From an uncultured Planctomycetia bacterium (GTDB lineage Bacteria > Omnitrophota > Gorgyraeia > Duberdicusellales > 4484-171): 64,000 nucleotides of DNA. The position numbers and the translations under genes are program-made. Numbering within the stretch: the stretch's first letter is position 1; each line of letters opens with the position of its first letter. The notes beneath the pieces were generated by a model that saw nothing but the letters and a program-made list of their open reading frames with translations, did no database searches and had not been told where the DNA came from. Positions 10,076 to 18,521 of this stretch are shown here, one piece after another. Where the stretch lies: assembly GCA_964483625.1 (NCBI GenBank), contig CAZABB010000005.1, positions 15,571 through 79,570 of the forward strand, written 5' to 3'.

Positions 10076-11330
10076 TACCTTCGGATTTAAAGCAGGCAAT
10101 GCGTGCATTGCCTGCTTTCTTTTTTTAGGAGGACTTTTTTCTTCAGAGGCCCCTCCCGTCCGCATTAAAAAGAATTCTCAGGGTGGATATGTTCTGTATG
10201 TCCGAAACCGGCCTTTTCTGGTGAAGGGAGTGGTGTATAATCCTACCCCGGTCTGTAAAGGATATGATTACAGTTTCTTTTCCGATCCGGCGAAACCCTG
10301 GCTTACCGACGGAAAACTTATGAAAAAAATGGGAGTCAACGCGGTACGTATTTATTCGGTACCGGTTGATGAGCTGGATGAGGTGAAGGAATTTATCACC
10401 GATATGTATGAAAAATTCGGAATATACACGATCGTCAGCGATTGGCTGGGATTATGGAACGCGTCCGGCCCCAATTACGGCGACGCTCAATTGCGTGCGG
10501 ACATAAAAGAACGGGTTCTTCATATCGTGGCAGAATTAAAAGATACTCCCGGGGTACTGATGTGGGTTCTCGGCAATGAGAACAATTATACGTTTTCCGG
10601 CAAGATCGGGTTCTGGACGACGAAGGAAATCGAGGCGCTGCCTACCCCTTACGAGCGGGTAGTAAGGAGAGCGGAGATCTATTACTCGCTGGCCAATGAT
10701 ATCGCGCTTGCGATTAAAGAGATAGACCCCGACCATCCCGTCGCTCTGGGAAACGGAGAAATCAGTATGTTGGATATCGCGGTGGAATTCTGTCCCGACA
10801 TCGATGTCCTGGCGATCCTTTCCTATCGCGGTAAACGGTTCGGGAATTTATTCGAGAATATACGCTATACCTTTGACCGGCCGATCATGTTGGCGGAGTT
10901 CGGGTGTGATTCCTACGATTCTTTGAATAACGTCGTGGCTGAAGATATTCAGGCTGAATATCTTCAGTTGCAGTGGCGGGATATTGTTTCCAACACGGTT
11001 GTAAGCGGGAATAAACAGGGAAATTGTCTGGGGGGTGTGGTCTTTGAATGGACGGATGAATGGTGGAAACACAACGAAGGGTATGCTGAAGGCTGGTGTC
11101 ATCATAATACGGAAGCCGGCTGGTCCGAAGGCGCCTATTATTTCGATATCCGGGCTCCCAATAATATGAATATGAGCGAAGAATGGTTCGGTATTGTAGG
11201 GATTGCCCGTCCCGACGAAAATCAGCAGATCCCCCGTATTCCCCGCCAGGCATATACGGCGCTCAAAAAACTCTGGCATATGAATCCCCGGGCGCTCATG
11301 AAGGAAAAAAACCCTTCCCGTTCCCGATAG
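10065..11330 (+). CDS. Clan GH-A (GH2-like TIM barrel) glycoside hydrolase
   Basis: MGVNAVRIY, WVLGNE, LAEFG, FEWTDEWWK; paralogous to the C-terminal half of 6368-8809. Confidence 0.78.
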   Translation: MKNSTFGFKAGNACIACFLFLGGLFSSEAPPVRIKKNSQGGYVLYVRNRPFLVKGVVYNPTPVCKGYDYSFFSDPAKPWLTDGKLMKKMGVNAVRIYSVPVDELDEVKEFITDMYEKFGIYTIVSDWLGLWNASGPNYGDAQLRADIKERVLHIVAELKDTPGVLMWVLGNENNYTFSGKIGFWTTKEIEALPTPYERVVRRAEIYYSLANDIALAIKEIDPDHPVALGNGEISMLDIAVEFCPDIDVLAILSYRGKRFGNLFENIRYTFDRPIMLAEFGCDSYDSLNNVVAEDIQAEYLQLQWRDIVSNTVVSGNKQGNCLGGVVFEWTDEWWKHNEGYAEGWCHHNTEAGWSEGAYYFDIRAPNNMNMSEEWFGIVGIARPDENQQIPRIPRQAYTALKKLWHMNPRALMKEKNPSRSR

Positions 11331-11441
11331 TCCCTCTCGGTATAAAAAAATATTCTCGGACAGTTACGGCTATGATAAGATAGAAATACCTCAAGGCAAT
11401 CGCCGCCGGTGTTATGGTATGGATAGGCAGAAGGAGGATGT

Positions 11442-12056
11442 ATGGATGGTAGAATAATATTATGTATCTTAAGTATTCTTGTTCTTGCGGGCGGATGTAT
11501 GTCTCAGCCGGAAGATCTGCTGGTTGACGATTTTGAAGGAGAGATCAGCGCCGTTACGGTCGATTACGGAACGGGAGAAGGCTCCGGGGTGACCGTCGCG
11601 GCGGAATCCGAGGTCGTCCGGTGCGGAGATCAGTCATTGAAGATAACCTACAACCTGAGGCCTTCCGGATATATGTGGATCGCCCGGGGTTTTGGTTTAG
11701 ACGTCTCCGGTGCGGCCGCCTGGACAGTTTCGCCGGAAAATATCCCCTGGCGGGACTATAACGCGGTGAGCATTTTCATGTATGGGCAGAAAACGGGATC
11801 GGTTGTCGCGTTTGACGTGAAAGATTCCGGCGGCGAATACTGGCGATTCCTCCTGACGGATGATTTTACCGGCTGGAAGGAAATGGTTTGTCCTTTCGCG
11901 CATTTCTTCGTGCGTAACGACTGGCAGCCCGAAGATGCCGAAGTGAACGAAAGGATGGACTTCCCCATTATGAGTTTTCAATTTGAACCGCGCCTGCCCG
12001 GTAAAGGAGTATATTATTTTGATTGTGTGAAGGCAGTAAAAAGAAATATTCAATAG
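11442..12056 (+). CDS. CBM11-like carbohydrate-binding lipoprotein
   Basis: Lipobox LAGGC; LVDDFEG, DDFTGWK, YYFD beta-sandwich motifs; SD AAGGAGG. Confidence 0.7.
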   Translation: MDGRIILCILSILVLAGGCMSQPEDLLVDDFEGEISAVTVDYGTGEGSGVTVAAESEVVRCGDQSLKITYNLRPSGYMWIARGFGLDVSGAAAWTVSPENIPWRDYNAVSIFMYGQKTGSVVAFDVKDSGGEYWRFLLTDDFTGWKEMVCPFAHFFVRNDWQPEDAEVNERMDFPIMSFQFEPRLPGKGVYYFDCVKAVKRNIQ

Positions 12057-12154
12057 ACATACGGAAATATCATTGAAATACAATTAGAATATATTCGCTT
12101 CGGCTCATGGATGGAATATGATGGAAGTACGATTGTATTTTAAAGGAGCAACGT

Positions 12155-13186
12155 ATGGGAAAAAAAAGAATAGATCTAAGCAGGATTCCTGAGGACGAAC
12201 TCCTGTCTCTTAAAATCAGCGAACTGCCGATTCAGCTTGAAGGGACCTGGGTTGAGGATTGTGTCGGCCAGCTCTATCATGAACTAAATGAGAAAGGAAT
12301 TGAGTTTAAACCTCCCTGCTATCTGGCTGATGAGTGGCTGACTCCCGACGGAGAACCGATCATCGGGGTCCCGTTTTATTTAGCTCATCCGGCTTTGATC
12401 CGTCTGGAGAAAAAAATGATCCTGGAAGCCGAAGGCGCCACGAAACAGTGGTGCATGAAGCTCCTGAGGCATGAGACCGGTCATGCGATAAATTACGCCT
12501 ATAAGCTGTACCGGAGAAAAAAATGGCATAAGATATTCGGGCCGTTTTCCAAAGAATATGAAGATACCTACCGGTTTCGTCCTTACAGTAAAAGTTTTGT
12601 CAGGCACCTGGAAGATTACTACGCTCAATACCATCCCGATGAAGATTTTGCCGAGACATTCGCCGTATGGCTTACGCCCGGTCTTGACTGGCGTAAACAG
12701 TATAAGGGATGGAAGGCGATCGATAAGCTTTATTATGTGGAAGAACTTATGAAGGGCATAAAAGACAGACCGCCCCTTGTGCCCCGCGGGAAAAAATACT
12801 GGGAAGCGGCGAGAATGCGCATTACCTTGAAAAACTTCTATAAGAAGAAACGTCTTTCTTACGAAGAAAAATTCCCCGATTTTCACGACGCTAATTTAAA
12901 AAAAATATTTCCCGAATCCGCGGACCGGGAGGAAAGAAAAAATCCTGTGTATGCGGCCGATGTGATCAGAAAATATAAAAAAGAGATCCGTACCAGCATT
13001 TCTATCTGGACGGGAGAGAAAAAGTATATCATAGACGACCTTCTCAACACGATTATCGAACGCTGTCGTCAACTTCGTCTTTTTGCCGCCGAGGCGGAGG
13101 CGTTGACCATTCTGAATATAGCCAGTTATATTACGGCTTTGATTATGAATTACCGGTATACCGGAAATTTCCGAGGTGACCAATGA
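12155..13186 (+). CDS. Putative zinc-binding metallopeptidase (zincin, Peptidase_Mx-like)
   Basis: LRHETGH (HExxH) and YAQYHPDEDFAETF. Confidence 0.8.
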   Translation: MGKKRIDLSRIPEDELLSLKISELPIQLEGTWVEDCVGQLYHELNEKGIEFKPPCYLADEWLTPDGEPIIGVPFYLAHPALIRLEKKMILEAEGATKQWCMKLLRHETGHAINYAYKLYRRKKWHKIFGPFSKEYEDTYRFRPYSKSFVRHLEDYYAQYHPDEDFAETFAVWLTPGLDWRKQYKGWKAIDKLYYVEELMKGIKDRPPLVPRGKKYWEAARMRITLKNFYKKKRLSYEEKFPDFHDANLKKIFPESADREERKNPVYAADVIRKYKKEIRTSISIWTGEKKYIIDDLLNTIIERCRQLRLFAAEAEALTILNIASYITALIMNYRYTGNFRGDQ

Positions 13187-14208
13187 GGAAAAAACTGAAA
13201 GTCCTTCTTCTCTTTGATGTGCCGTACCCGACACAGCGAGGCTATGAGTTTAAAGACGAATTCTTTAAGGATTTTGACTGGGACACCGAAGCCTACGCGT
13301 ATAAAGCTTTAAAATCGCTGGGTTATGAGGTGACTCCGCTTGGGCTTTACAATGATATCGCTCCGCTTTTGGAAGAAGTCAAAGAAAACCGTCCTGATGT
13401 AATTTTTAATCTGGTAGAGGTATTTGACCAGAAATCACACCTGGATAAGAATGTGGTTTCTCTCCTGGAGTTAATAGGGATTCCGTTCACGGGGGCATCT
13501 TCGGGCACGCTGTTTGTCTGTAACGACAAGGCGCTCAGTAAGAAGATTTTAAGTTATCATCGTATCCGGGTGCCGCGGTTTTATACTTTCTATCGCAACC
13601 ATAAAATATGGCTGCCCAAACGGCTTCGTCTTCCTCTGATTGTGAAACCTTTATGCGAGGAGGCATCGCGGGGAATTTCTCTGGCTTCGGTGGTTGATTC
13701 GGAAAACAGTCTCATTGAACGGGTCAAATTTATTCATGAGAACATGAATATGGATGCGATTGCCGAGGAATACATATCCGGGAGAGAACTTTATGTGAGT
13801 ATGTTGGGGCACAAACGCATCAGAATCCTGCCGCTGCGGGAGATGAAGTTCGGGAATATTCCCGATGATGAACCCCAGGTCGCGACCTACAAAGCGAAGT
13901 GGGACTATGATTACCGCAAACGCTGGGGTATAAAGAATGTGTTCGCCGGTAAGCTGCCCCAGGGGTTGGAAAAAGGGATTACCGATGTTTTTAAACGAGC
14001 CTATCGGGTATTAAATATGGGAGGGTATGCCCGTTTCGATATCCGCGTCACCGATGACGCCCGCATCTACATCCTTGAAGCGAACGCCAATCCCTGCCTG
14101 GATAAAGACGATGAATTTGCCGAAGCGGCAAAAAAGGGAGGGATGCCTTATCCCAAACTACTCCAGAAGATCATTTCCTACGCCTTCCAGCGACAACCTT
14201 CCGTATAA
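13183..14208 (+). CDS. ATP-grasp ligase, D-Ala-D-Ala ligase-like
   Basis: VKP..EEASRGIS, EEYISGRE, YARFDIR, ILEANANP; ATGA overlap with the peptidase gene. Confidence 0.82.
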   Translation: MRKKLKVLLLFDVPYPTQRGYEFKDEFFKDFDWDTEAYAYKALKSLGYEVTPLGLYNDIAPLLEEVKENRPDVIFNLVEVFDQKSHLDKNVVSLLELIGIPFTGASSGTLFVCNDKALSKKILSYHRIRVPRFYTFYRNHKIWLPKRLRLPLIVKPLCEEASRGISLASVVDSENSLIERVKFIHENMNMDAIAEEYISGRELYVSMLGHKRIRILPLREMKFGNIPDDEPQVATYKAKWDYDYRKRWGIKNVFAGKLPQGLEKGITDVFKRAYRVLNMGGYARFDIRVTDDARIYILEANANPCLDKDDEFAEAAKKGGMPYPKLLQKIISYAFQRQPSV

Positions 14209-14209
14209 T

Positions 14210-14298
14210 CAGTCTACAGTTGATAGCCTATAGTCTAGGGTGTTCTCCTCGAGTTTTTGCGGGATACTAAAAGACCGTAGACCGTCGACTATCGACTC
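14210..14298. repeat. Inverted pair of 7-mer tandem arrays (TAGTCTA / TAGACYR type)
   Basis: cagtcta cagttga tagccta tagtcta ... aagaccg tagaccg tcgacta tcgactc. Confidence 0.75.
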
Positions 14299-14384
14299 TG
14301 CCAGCTGGAGATTGTTTTTTTTCTCATCTGCCCTTGATTTCAGGGGTGAATATATGGCATATATTGTGTAGGAACCCGGATATA

Positions 14385-14413
14385 TTGACAATTTAAGGAC
14401 TGGTAAATATCCT
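14385..14413 (+). promoter_or_regulatory. Candidate promoter for the riboswitch leader
   Basis: TTGACA, 17 nt, TATCCT. Confidence 0.45.
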
Positions 14414-14419
14414 ATTTAC

Positions 14420-14506
14420 GATTACGGTGATTAGGTTAGGATTACAACGATTGAGAACATTAACTCTTTTAATCACGGCAATCATTCTTTAATCATTGAA
14501 ATCAGG
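14420..14506. repeat. Inverted pair of 9-11-mer GATTA / AATCA arrays
   Basis: gattacggt gattaggttag gattacaac gatt ... aatcacggc aatcattcttt aatcattga aatcag. Confidence 0.7.
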
Positions 14507-14531
14507 CGCTGATATTTTTTGTATCAGTGCC

Positions 14532-14665
14532 TATAAGTGAAAAAGGCAAACCCGCTGAAAAGCGGGGACGTCCCGTAAGGGACCCAGAACCATACTATGT
14601 ATTGGTTCTGGGCAAAGCCCTGGACCTAAAGGAGGAATCCTATGGTAGCCCGGTTGCCACTTGTA
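14532..14665 (+). ncRNA. Cyclic di-GMP-I (GEMM) riboswitch aptamer with 42-nt internal insertion
   Basis: P1 tataagt/acttgta; GGCAAA-CCCGCT-GAAA-AGCGGG-GAC ... GCAAAGCC; receptor CCTAA...ATGG; GGTTGCC; G20 and C92 equivalents present. Confidence 0.85.
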
Positions 14666-15121
14666 CGTATCAAATTGGTGCCCATCTTGTCTCGACAAAA
14701 GATGGGTTTTTTCTTTGCCTGCCGTCTCATAGGGATTTGTCTCTGTATCGCTTCTGTTACGCCCGGCGTATTGTGGTCTGATACCGCCATCACGATCAAC
14801 CAGAGTCATGTTCAGGAAGGGGTTGCTTCCTGGTATTCTGAAACAGATCCCGGCATCCTTCCTACCACGGCGAACATGGAAATCTTTGACGATTCACAGC
14901 TCACCTGCGCGATGTGGGATGTTCCGTTCAATACGGTTTTAGAGGTAACCAACCTGGCAAACGGAAAGTCGGTTCTTGTCCGCGTCAATGATCGCGGCCC
15001 GGCGCGGCGTCTGGTCAGTCAGGGGAGAATCGTTGATTTGACCAAGACGGCCTTCTCCCGTATTGCCGATCTCGATCAGGGGCTGATTCCGGTGAAGGTT
15101 GCGGTTATCACCCGGAAGTAG
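14642..15121 (+). CDS. rlpA: Septal ring lytic transglycosylase RlpA family protein (alternative start 14702)
   Basis: GVASWY, VTNLANGKSVLVRVNDRGP, RIVDLT..AF DPBB motifs. Confidence 0.85.
   Translation: MVARLPLVRIKLVPILSRQKMGFFFACRLIGICLCIASVTPGVLWSDTAITINQSHVQEGVASWYSETDPGILPTTANMEIFDDSQLTCAMWDVPFNTVLEVTNLANGKSVLVRVNDRGPARRLVSQGRIVDLTKTAFSRIADLDQGLIPVKVAVITRK
14681..14712 (+). terminator. Intrinsic terminator-like hairpin (riboswitch expression platform)
   Basis: cccatctt-gtc-tc-gac-aa-aagatggg followed by T6. Confidence 0.65.
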
Positions 15122-15238
15122 TCCCTACCCCGTCACTAAAAAAAGACTTGAAAAAATGGGCCTGTCGGATTAGTCTATTATATATAAAGCAAGAGAATAA
15201 ACGGCTTCGGTTGACGAAAGAAACAGTTTAAACACACG

Positions 15239-16057
15239 ATGGTTCTTGACTACACTCATAAAGACGCGCTTACCGGATTTTATCGCCGGGAAGCGTTAAT
15301 TCCCTTTTTGGAAGAAACCCTGCAGAAAGCTCAGTCCGAACAGATGACCGCTTCTCTGGCGATCATCGATTTAGATCATTTCAAAAAATTCAATGACCGC
15401 TACGGCCATCAATTTGGCGACGAAGTGCTGAAACATCTGGCCAATGTGTTGAGGTTTACTATTGAGGATAAAGGGGCGATTTTCCGTTACGGCGGCGATG
15501 AATTTGTCGTCGCTCTTCCCACCAGCGGAGCGAAGGAAGCGTTTAAGCTTGCCTTGCGTTGCCTCTATAACATTGATCATAGTCCGTTTATCTATCAGGG
15601 GAAACTGTTTAAATTAAGCATGAGCTGCGGAGTCGCTACCTATCCTCTGGACGCGATGACGGTGGATACCCTTTTCCGCCGGGCCGATGAGGCGTTGTAT
15701 TATTCCAAGCGGCACGGGCGAAGCATGGTAACCTCAGCCAATAAAATGAAGCATCTCAAGTTTCTGTCTTCGCTTAAGGTTATGGTAGGGATATTACTGG
15801 TGGGAGGGCTGCTGTATGGAGCATACCGTTTTATGCCGCAGGAGGTGATTGATGATCTCACCGCCCGGTTTAAGAAGATTACCATTAAAGTCGAAGAAGA
15901 AGACGGCCTGGCGACGATTGTGTTGAAAAGCGGCCGGACGATGAAAGGGAAAATCTTACAGGAATTCGATGACCGGATTGTTGTAAGTCTTGATTTTGGT
16001 AAAGGTGAAGGAAGAGTGACTCTTAAGAAGTCTGATATTGGAAAGATCCGGTATTAG
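15239..16057 (+). CDS. Diguanylate cyclase: N-terminal GGDEF, one TM helix, small C-terminal beta domain
   Basis: DALTG, DLDHFKKFNDRYGHQFGD, RYGGDEF, ADEALY. Confidence 0.9.
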   Translation: MVLDYTHKDALTGFYRREALIPFLEETLQKAQSEQMTASLAIIDLDHFKKFNDRYGHQFGDEVLKHLANVLRFTIEDKGAIFRYGGDEFVVALPTSGAKEAFKLALRCLYNIDHSPFIYQGKLFKLSMSCGVATYPLDAMTVDTLFRRADEALYYSKRHGRSMVTSANKMKHLKFLSSLKVMVGILLVGGLLYGAYRFMPQEVIDDLTARFKKITIKVEEEDGLATIVLKSGRTMKGKILQEFDDRIVVSLDFGKGEGRVTLKKSDIGKIRY

Positions 16058-16127
16058 GACCATATTCCCTCCCCGGTATAATTGATTTTCCTTATTGAGA
16101 ACGGGTATTGATGGAATCGGCAGATAT

Positions 16128-18041
16128 ATGATTATCATTCAGGGTATATCCAAACAATTTTCCGGAACATATCTTTTTCAGGATGTAAGCGTGACGATCA
16201 ATCGCGGCGAAAAGATCGGTCTTATCGGGCCTAACGGCGCGGGGAAGTCGACATTGTTTAAAATGATCCTGGGAAGCGAAGAGGTTTCTTCCGGCTCCGT
16301 CACCGTTACCCGCGGAACCCGCATTGGCTATCTCCCCCAGGAAAAACATTTTCATTCCGACCGTACGGTTTTAGGTGAATTGATGCGGGCGGATAAAAAT
16401 ATCGTACGTTTATGTCAGGAACGAGATCTTCTGGAAAAGGAAAACCGTACCGCGTCCCGGCGGTACAGTGAGGTTATTTCTGAGTTGGAACATCTGAGGT
16501 ATTTTGAATTGCAGCATAAGGCGGAAAAGATTTTATCCGGCCTGGGATTTGCCGAGAAGGAATTTCACCGGTCGATTGCCAACTTAAGCGGCGGATGGCA
16601 AATGCGTGTCCTTCTGGCAAAATTACTTGCCGGCACCTATGATATCCTTCTTCTGGATGAGCCGACAAATTATCTCGATCTTGACGCGACGTTATGGTTT
16701 AAGGAGTACTTATCGGCAAGCGACAGCACCTTCGTCATGATTTCTCACGACCGGGCGTTCCTTGATGAGGTAGCGAATTCTACGCTGGTCCTTGAGCACG
16801 GGTCTTTGGAGAAAATGGCCGGGAATTACGAACATTACCGCCGGATAAAACGGCAGCAACGTGAGCATCTTTTGAAACAGGCCCGAGAGCAGCAGAAGAA
16901 ACGTCAGCAGCTTGAGAGATTTGTCTCCCGGTTCCACGCTCAGCCCAATAAAGCGGCTCAGGTGCGGGCGAAAAAGCGCGTTCTGGAAAAAATGGAACCG
17001 GTTGAGGTGCCTTTGGACAGGACCGAAAGCATCCGTGGTTTTCATTTTCCTCAAACGACAACAAGCGGGTATCGAGTTGTCAAACTCGAGAAGATCGATA
17101 AGACCTACGGGCCGATTCAGGTGTACAAGGATTTCGATTTCGAGATTACCCGGGGAGAGAAAGCCGTGCTTACCGGCCCCAATGGCGCCGGGAAATCTAC
17201 GTTATTGAAAATTCTGGCCGGAGTGGTCGACTATGACAAGGGAACCCGTGCGATCGGCCATAAGGTCGAGGTGGGCTATTTCTCCCAAACCCGCATGGAT
17301 ATTTTACATCCCGACAACACGGTGCTTGAGGAAGCTTTCTGTGTGGCGCCGGGAGATATGCGTACCGAAACCGTGCGTACGATATTGGGAACGTTTTTAT
17401 TTACCGGAGATGATGTGGAAAAAAAAGTCAAAATTCTCTCCGGGGGAGAGAAGTCAAGGCTTAACCTGGCCAAGCTTCTGATTCAGCCGCCTAATTTTTT
17501 ACTCTTGGATGAGCCGACGACTCATTTGGATGTCGACGCGGTCGACGCTCTGATCTCCGCATTGAATGCGTATGAGGGGACACTGGTATTCATAAGTCAC
17601 GATGTGCACTTTGTCCGTTCGGTTGCCAATGCCGTGTATGACGTTTCAGATGGGAAGGTACGTAAATACCCCGGGAAGTTCGACTATTACCTGCAAAAGA
17701 AGGGAACAAACGCGCTGGAGTCTCATCCCGCTGTCGCAGAACACTCCTTTCGGCCCGTGAGCCGTAAAGAAGAAAAGAAAAAGGAACGGCTGCGCAAAAA
17801 AGAAAAGGAAAAAAAAGTCAAGAACCATAATGCCGAGATTTCCCGGAAGATAAAAAGTTTACGTAAGAGCAAAGAAAAACTGGAAATAGATTCGGCCGCG
17901 AAACAGCGTATTCTTTCCAATCCCACCCATGACGACGCGGTCAAAAAAGAGTATCAGAAAAAAATCGACAAGCTTCAGGCAAAAATAGTCAAAGTAGACG
18001 CTCAAATCGAGAAGTTAAAAAACCAATTCCGCGACACATAG
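16128..18041 (+). CDS. ABC-F family ATP-binding protein
   Basis: Two GPNGAGKST Walker A, LSGG signatures, LLLDEPT; no TM segments; C-terminal coiled coil. Confidence 0.92.
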   Translation: MIIIQGISKQFSGTYLFQDVSVTINRGEKIGLIGPNGAGKSTLFKMILGSEEVSSGSVTVTRGTRIGYLPQEKHFHSDRTVLGELMRADKNIVRLCQERDLLEKENRTASRRYSEVISELEHLRYFELQHKAEKILSGLGFAEKEFHRSIANLSGGWQMRVLLAKLLAGTYDILLLDEPTNYLDLDATLWFKEYLSASDSTFVMISHDRAFLDEVANSTLVLEHGSLEKMAGNYEHYRRIKRQQREHLLKQAREQQKKRQQLERFVSRFHAQPNKAAQVRAKKRVLEKMEPVEVPLDRTESIRGFHFPQTTTSGYRVVKLEKIDKTYGPIQVYKDFDFEITRGEKAVLTGPNGAGKSTLLKILAGVVDYDKGTRAIGHKVEVGYFSQTRMDILHPDNTVLEEAFCVAPGDMRTETVRTILGTFLFTGDDVEKKVKILSGGEKSRLNLAKLLIQPPNFLLLDEPTTHLDVDAVDALISALNAYEGTLVFISHDVHFVRSVANAVYDVSDGKVRKYPGKFDYYLQKKGTNALESHPAVAEHSFRPVSRKEEKKKERLRKKEKEKKVKNHNAEISRKIKSLRKSKEKLEIDSAAKQRILSNPTHDDAVKKEYQKKIDKLQAKIVKVDAQIEKLKNQFRDT

Positions 18042-18043
18042 CG

Positions 18044-18139
18044 GTTCACGCGTTTACCCGTTCTGGCGTTATCCCGCCTCCGGCGGGATTTCCCGTTCAA
18101 AAGGAACGGACATACGGGAAAACGGGCGAACGGGATAAC
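18044..18139. repeat. Inverted 8-mer arrays (CCCGTT / AACGGG) with nested palindrome ATCCCGCC-TCC-GGCGGGAT (18071-18089)
   Basis: gttcacgc gtttaccc gttctggc gttatccc ... gaacggac atacggga aaacgggc gaacggga. Confidence 0.75.
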
Positions 18140-18230
18140 CTGATTTTCTCTATTTATTATTCATAAAACATTGACTTCTCCGGATGTTCTATTATAATTA
18201 TATATTCCCTCCCGTGAGAAAGGAGAAGTC

Positions 18231-18434
18231 ATGGATACATCGTACCAGTACTTAAAAGACCCACGCGTTCTCGATGAGATACGCCGGCATAAATGGATTG
18301 AAAGCGAAAAAGTGAATTCGGAAATCGGTTTTGCCACCGCGGCCGTCGAATGGATTACCAGATACGGGCCGCAATGGAAAGCGCACCATGGTTCCCGCGA
18401 GTTTTATGATTCCTCATCCTCGGAGATTGCCTGA
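18231..18434 (+). CDS. Small DUF4032-like protein
   Basis: EIRRHKWIESEK...IGF..AAVEW; SD GAAAGGAG; promoter TTGACT-16-TATAAT at 18171-18198. Confidence 0.65.
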   Translation: MDTSYQYLKDPRVLDEIRRHKWIESEKVNSEIGFATAAVEWITRYGPQWKAHHGSREFYDSSSSEIA

Positions 18435-18521
18435 AAAAGAAAGTTGACTCGGGATTGTATCCCCTTGCCCCTTGTCAATATCGTTCATTCGCGTTAAGAT
18501 ACCCTTCATACATATAAAACC

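Noticed and set aside
13183-14208. Calling this gene ddl or a vancomycin-resistance ligase
   Set aside because: Lacks the GGxSxE motif and has no mur or van context
14210-14506. Short repeat arrays as CRISPR
   Set aside because: Units are 7-11 nt, degenerate, with no unique spacers and no cas genes
14545-14546. Riboswitch as the cGAMP-sensing GEMM-Ib variant
   Set aside because: The position-20 equivalent is G (GGCAAA), which indicates c-di-GMP
14527-14809. 84-aa plus and 92-aa minus ORFs over the riboswitch
   Set aside because: The sequence is explained by RNA structure and rlpA; no protein motifs
16128-18041. ABC-F as an antibiotic-resistance (ARE) factor
   Set aside because: Subfamily cannot be assigned by eye, and no leader peptide or mobile context was seen
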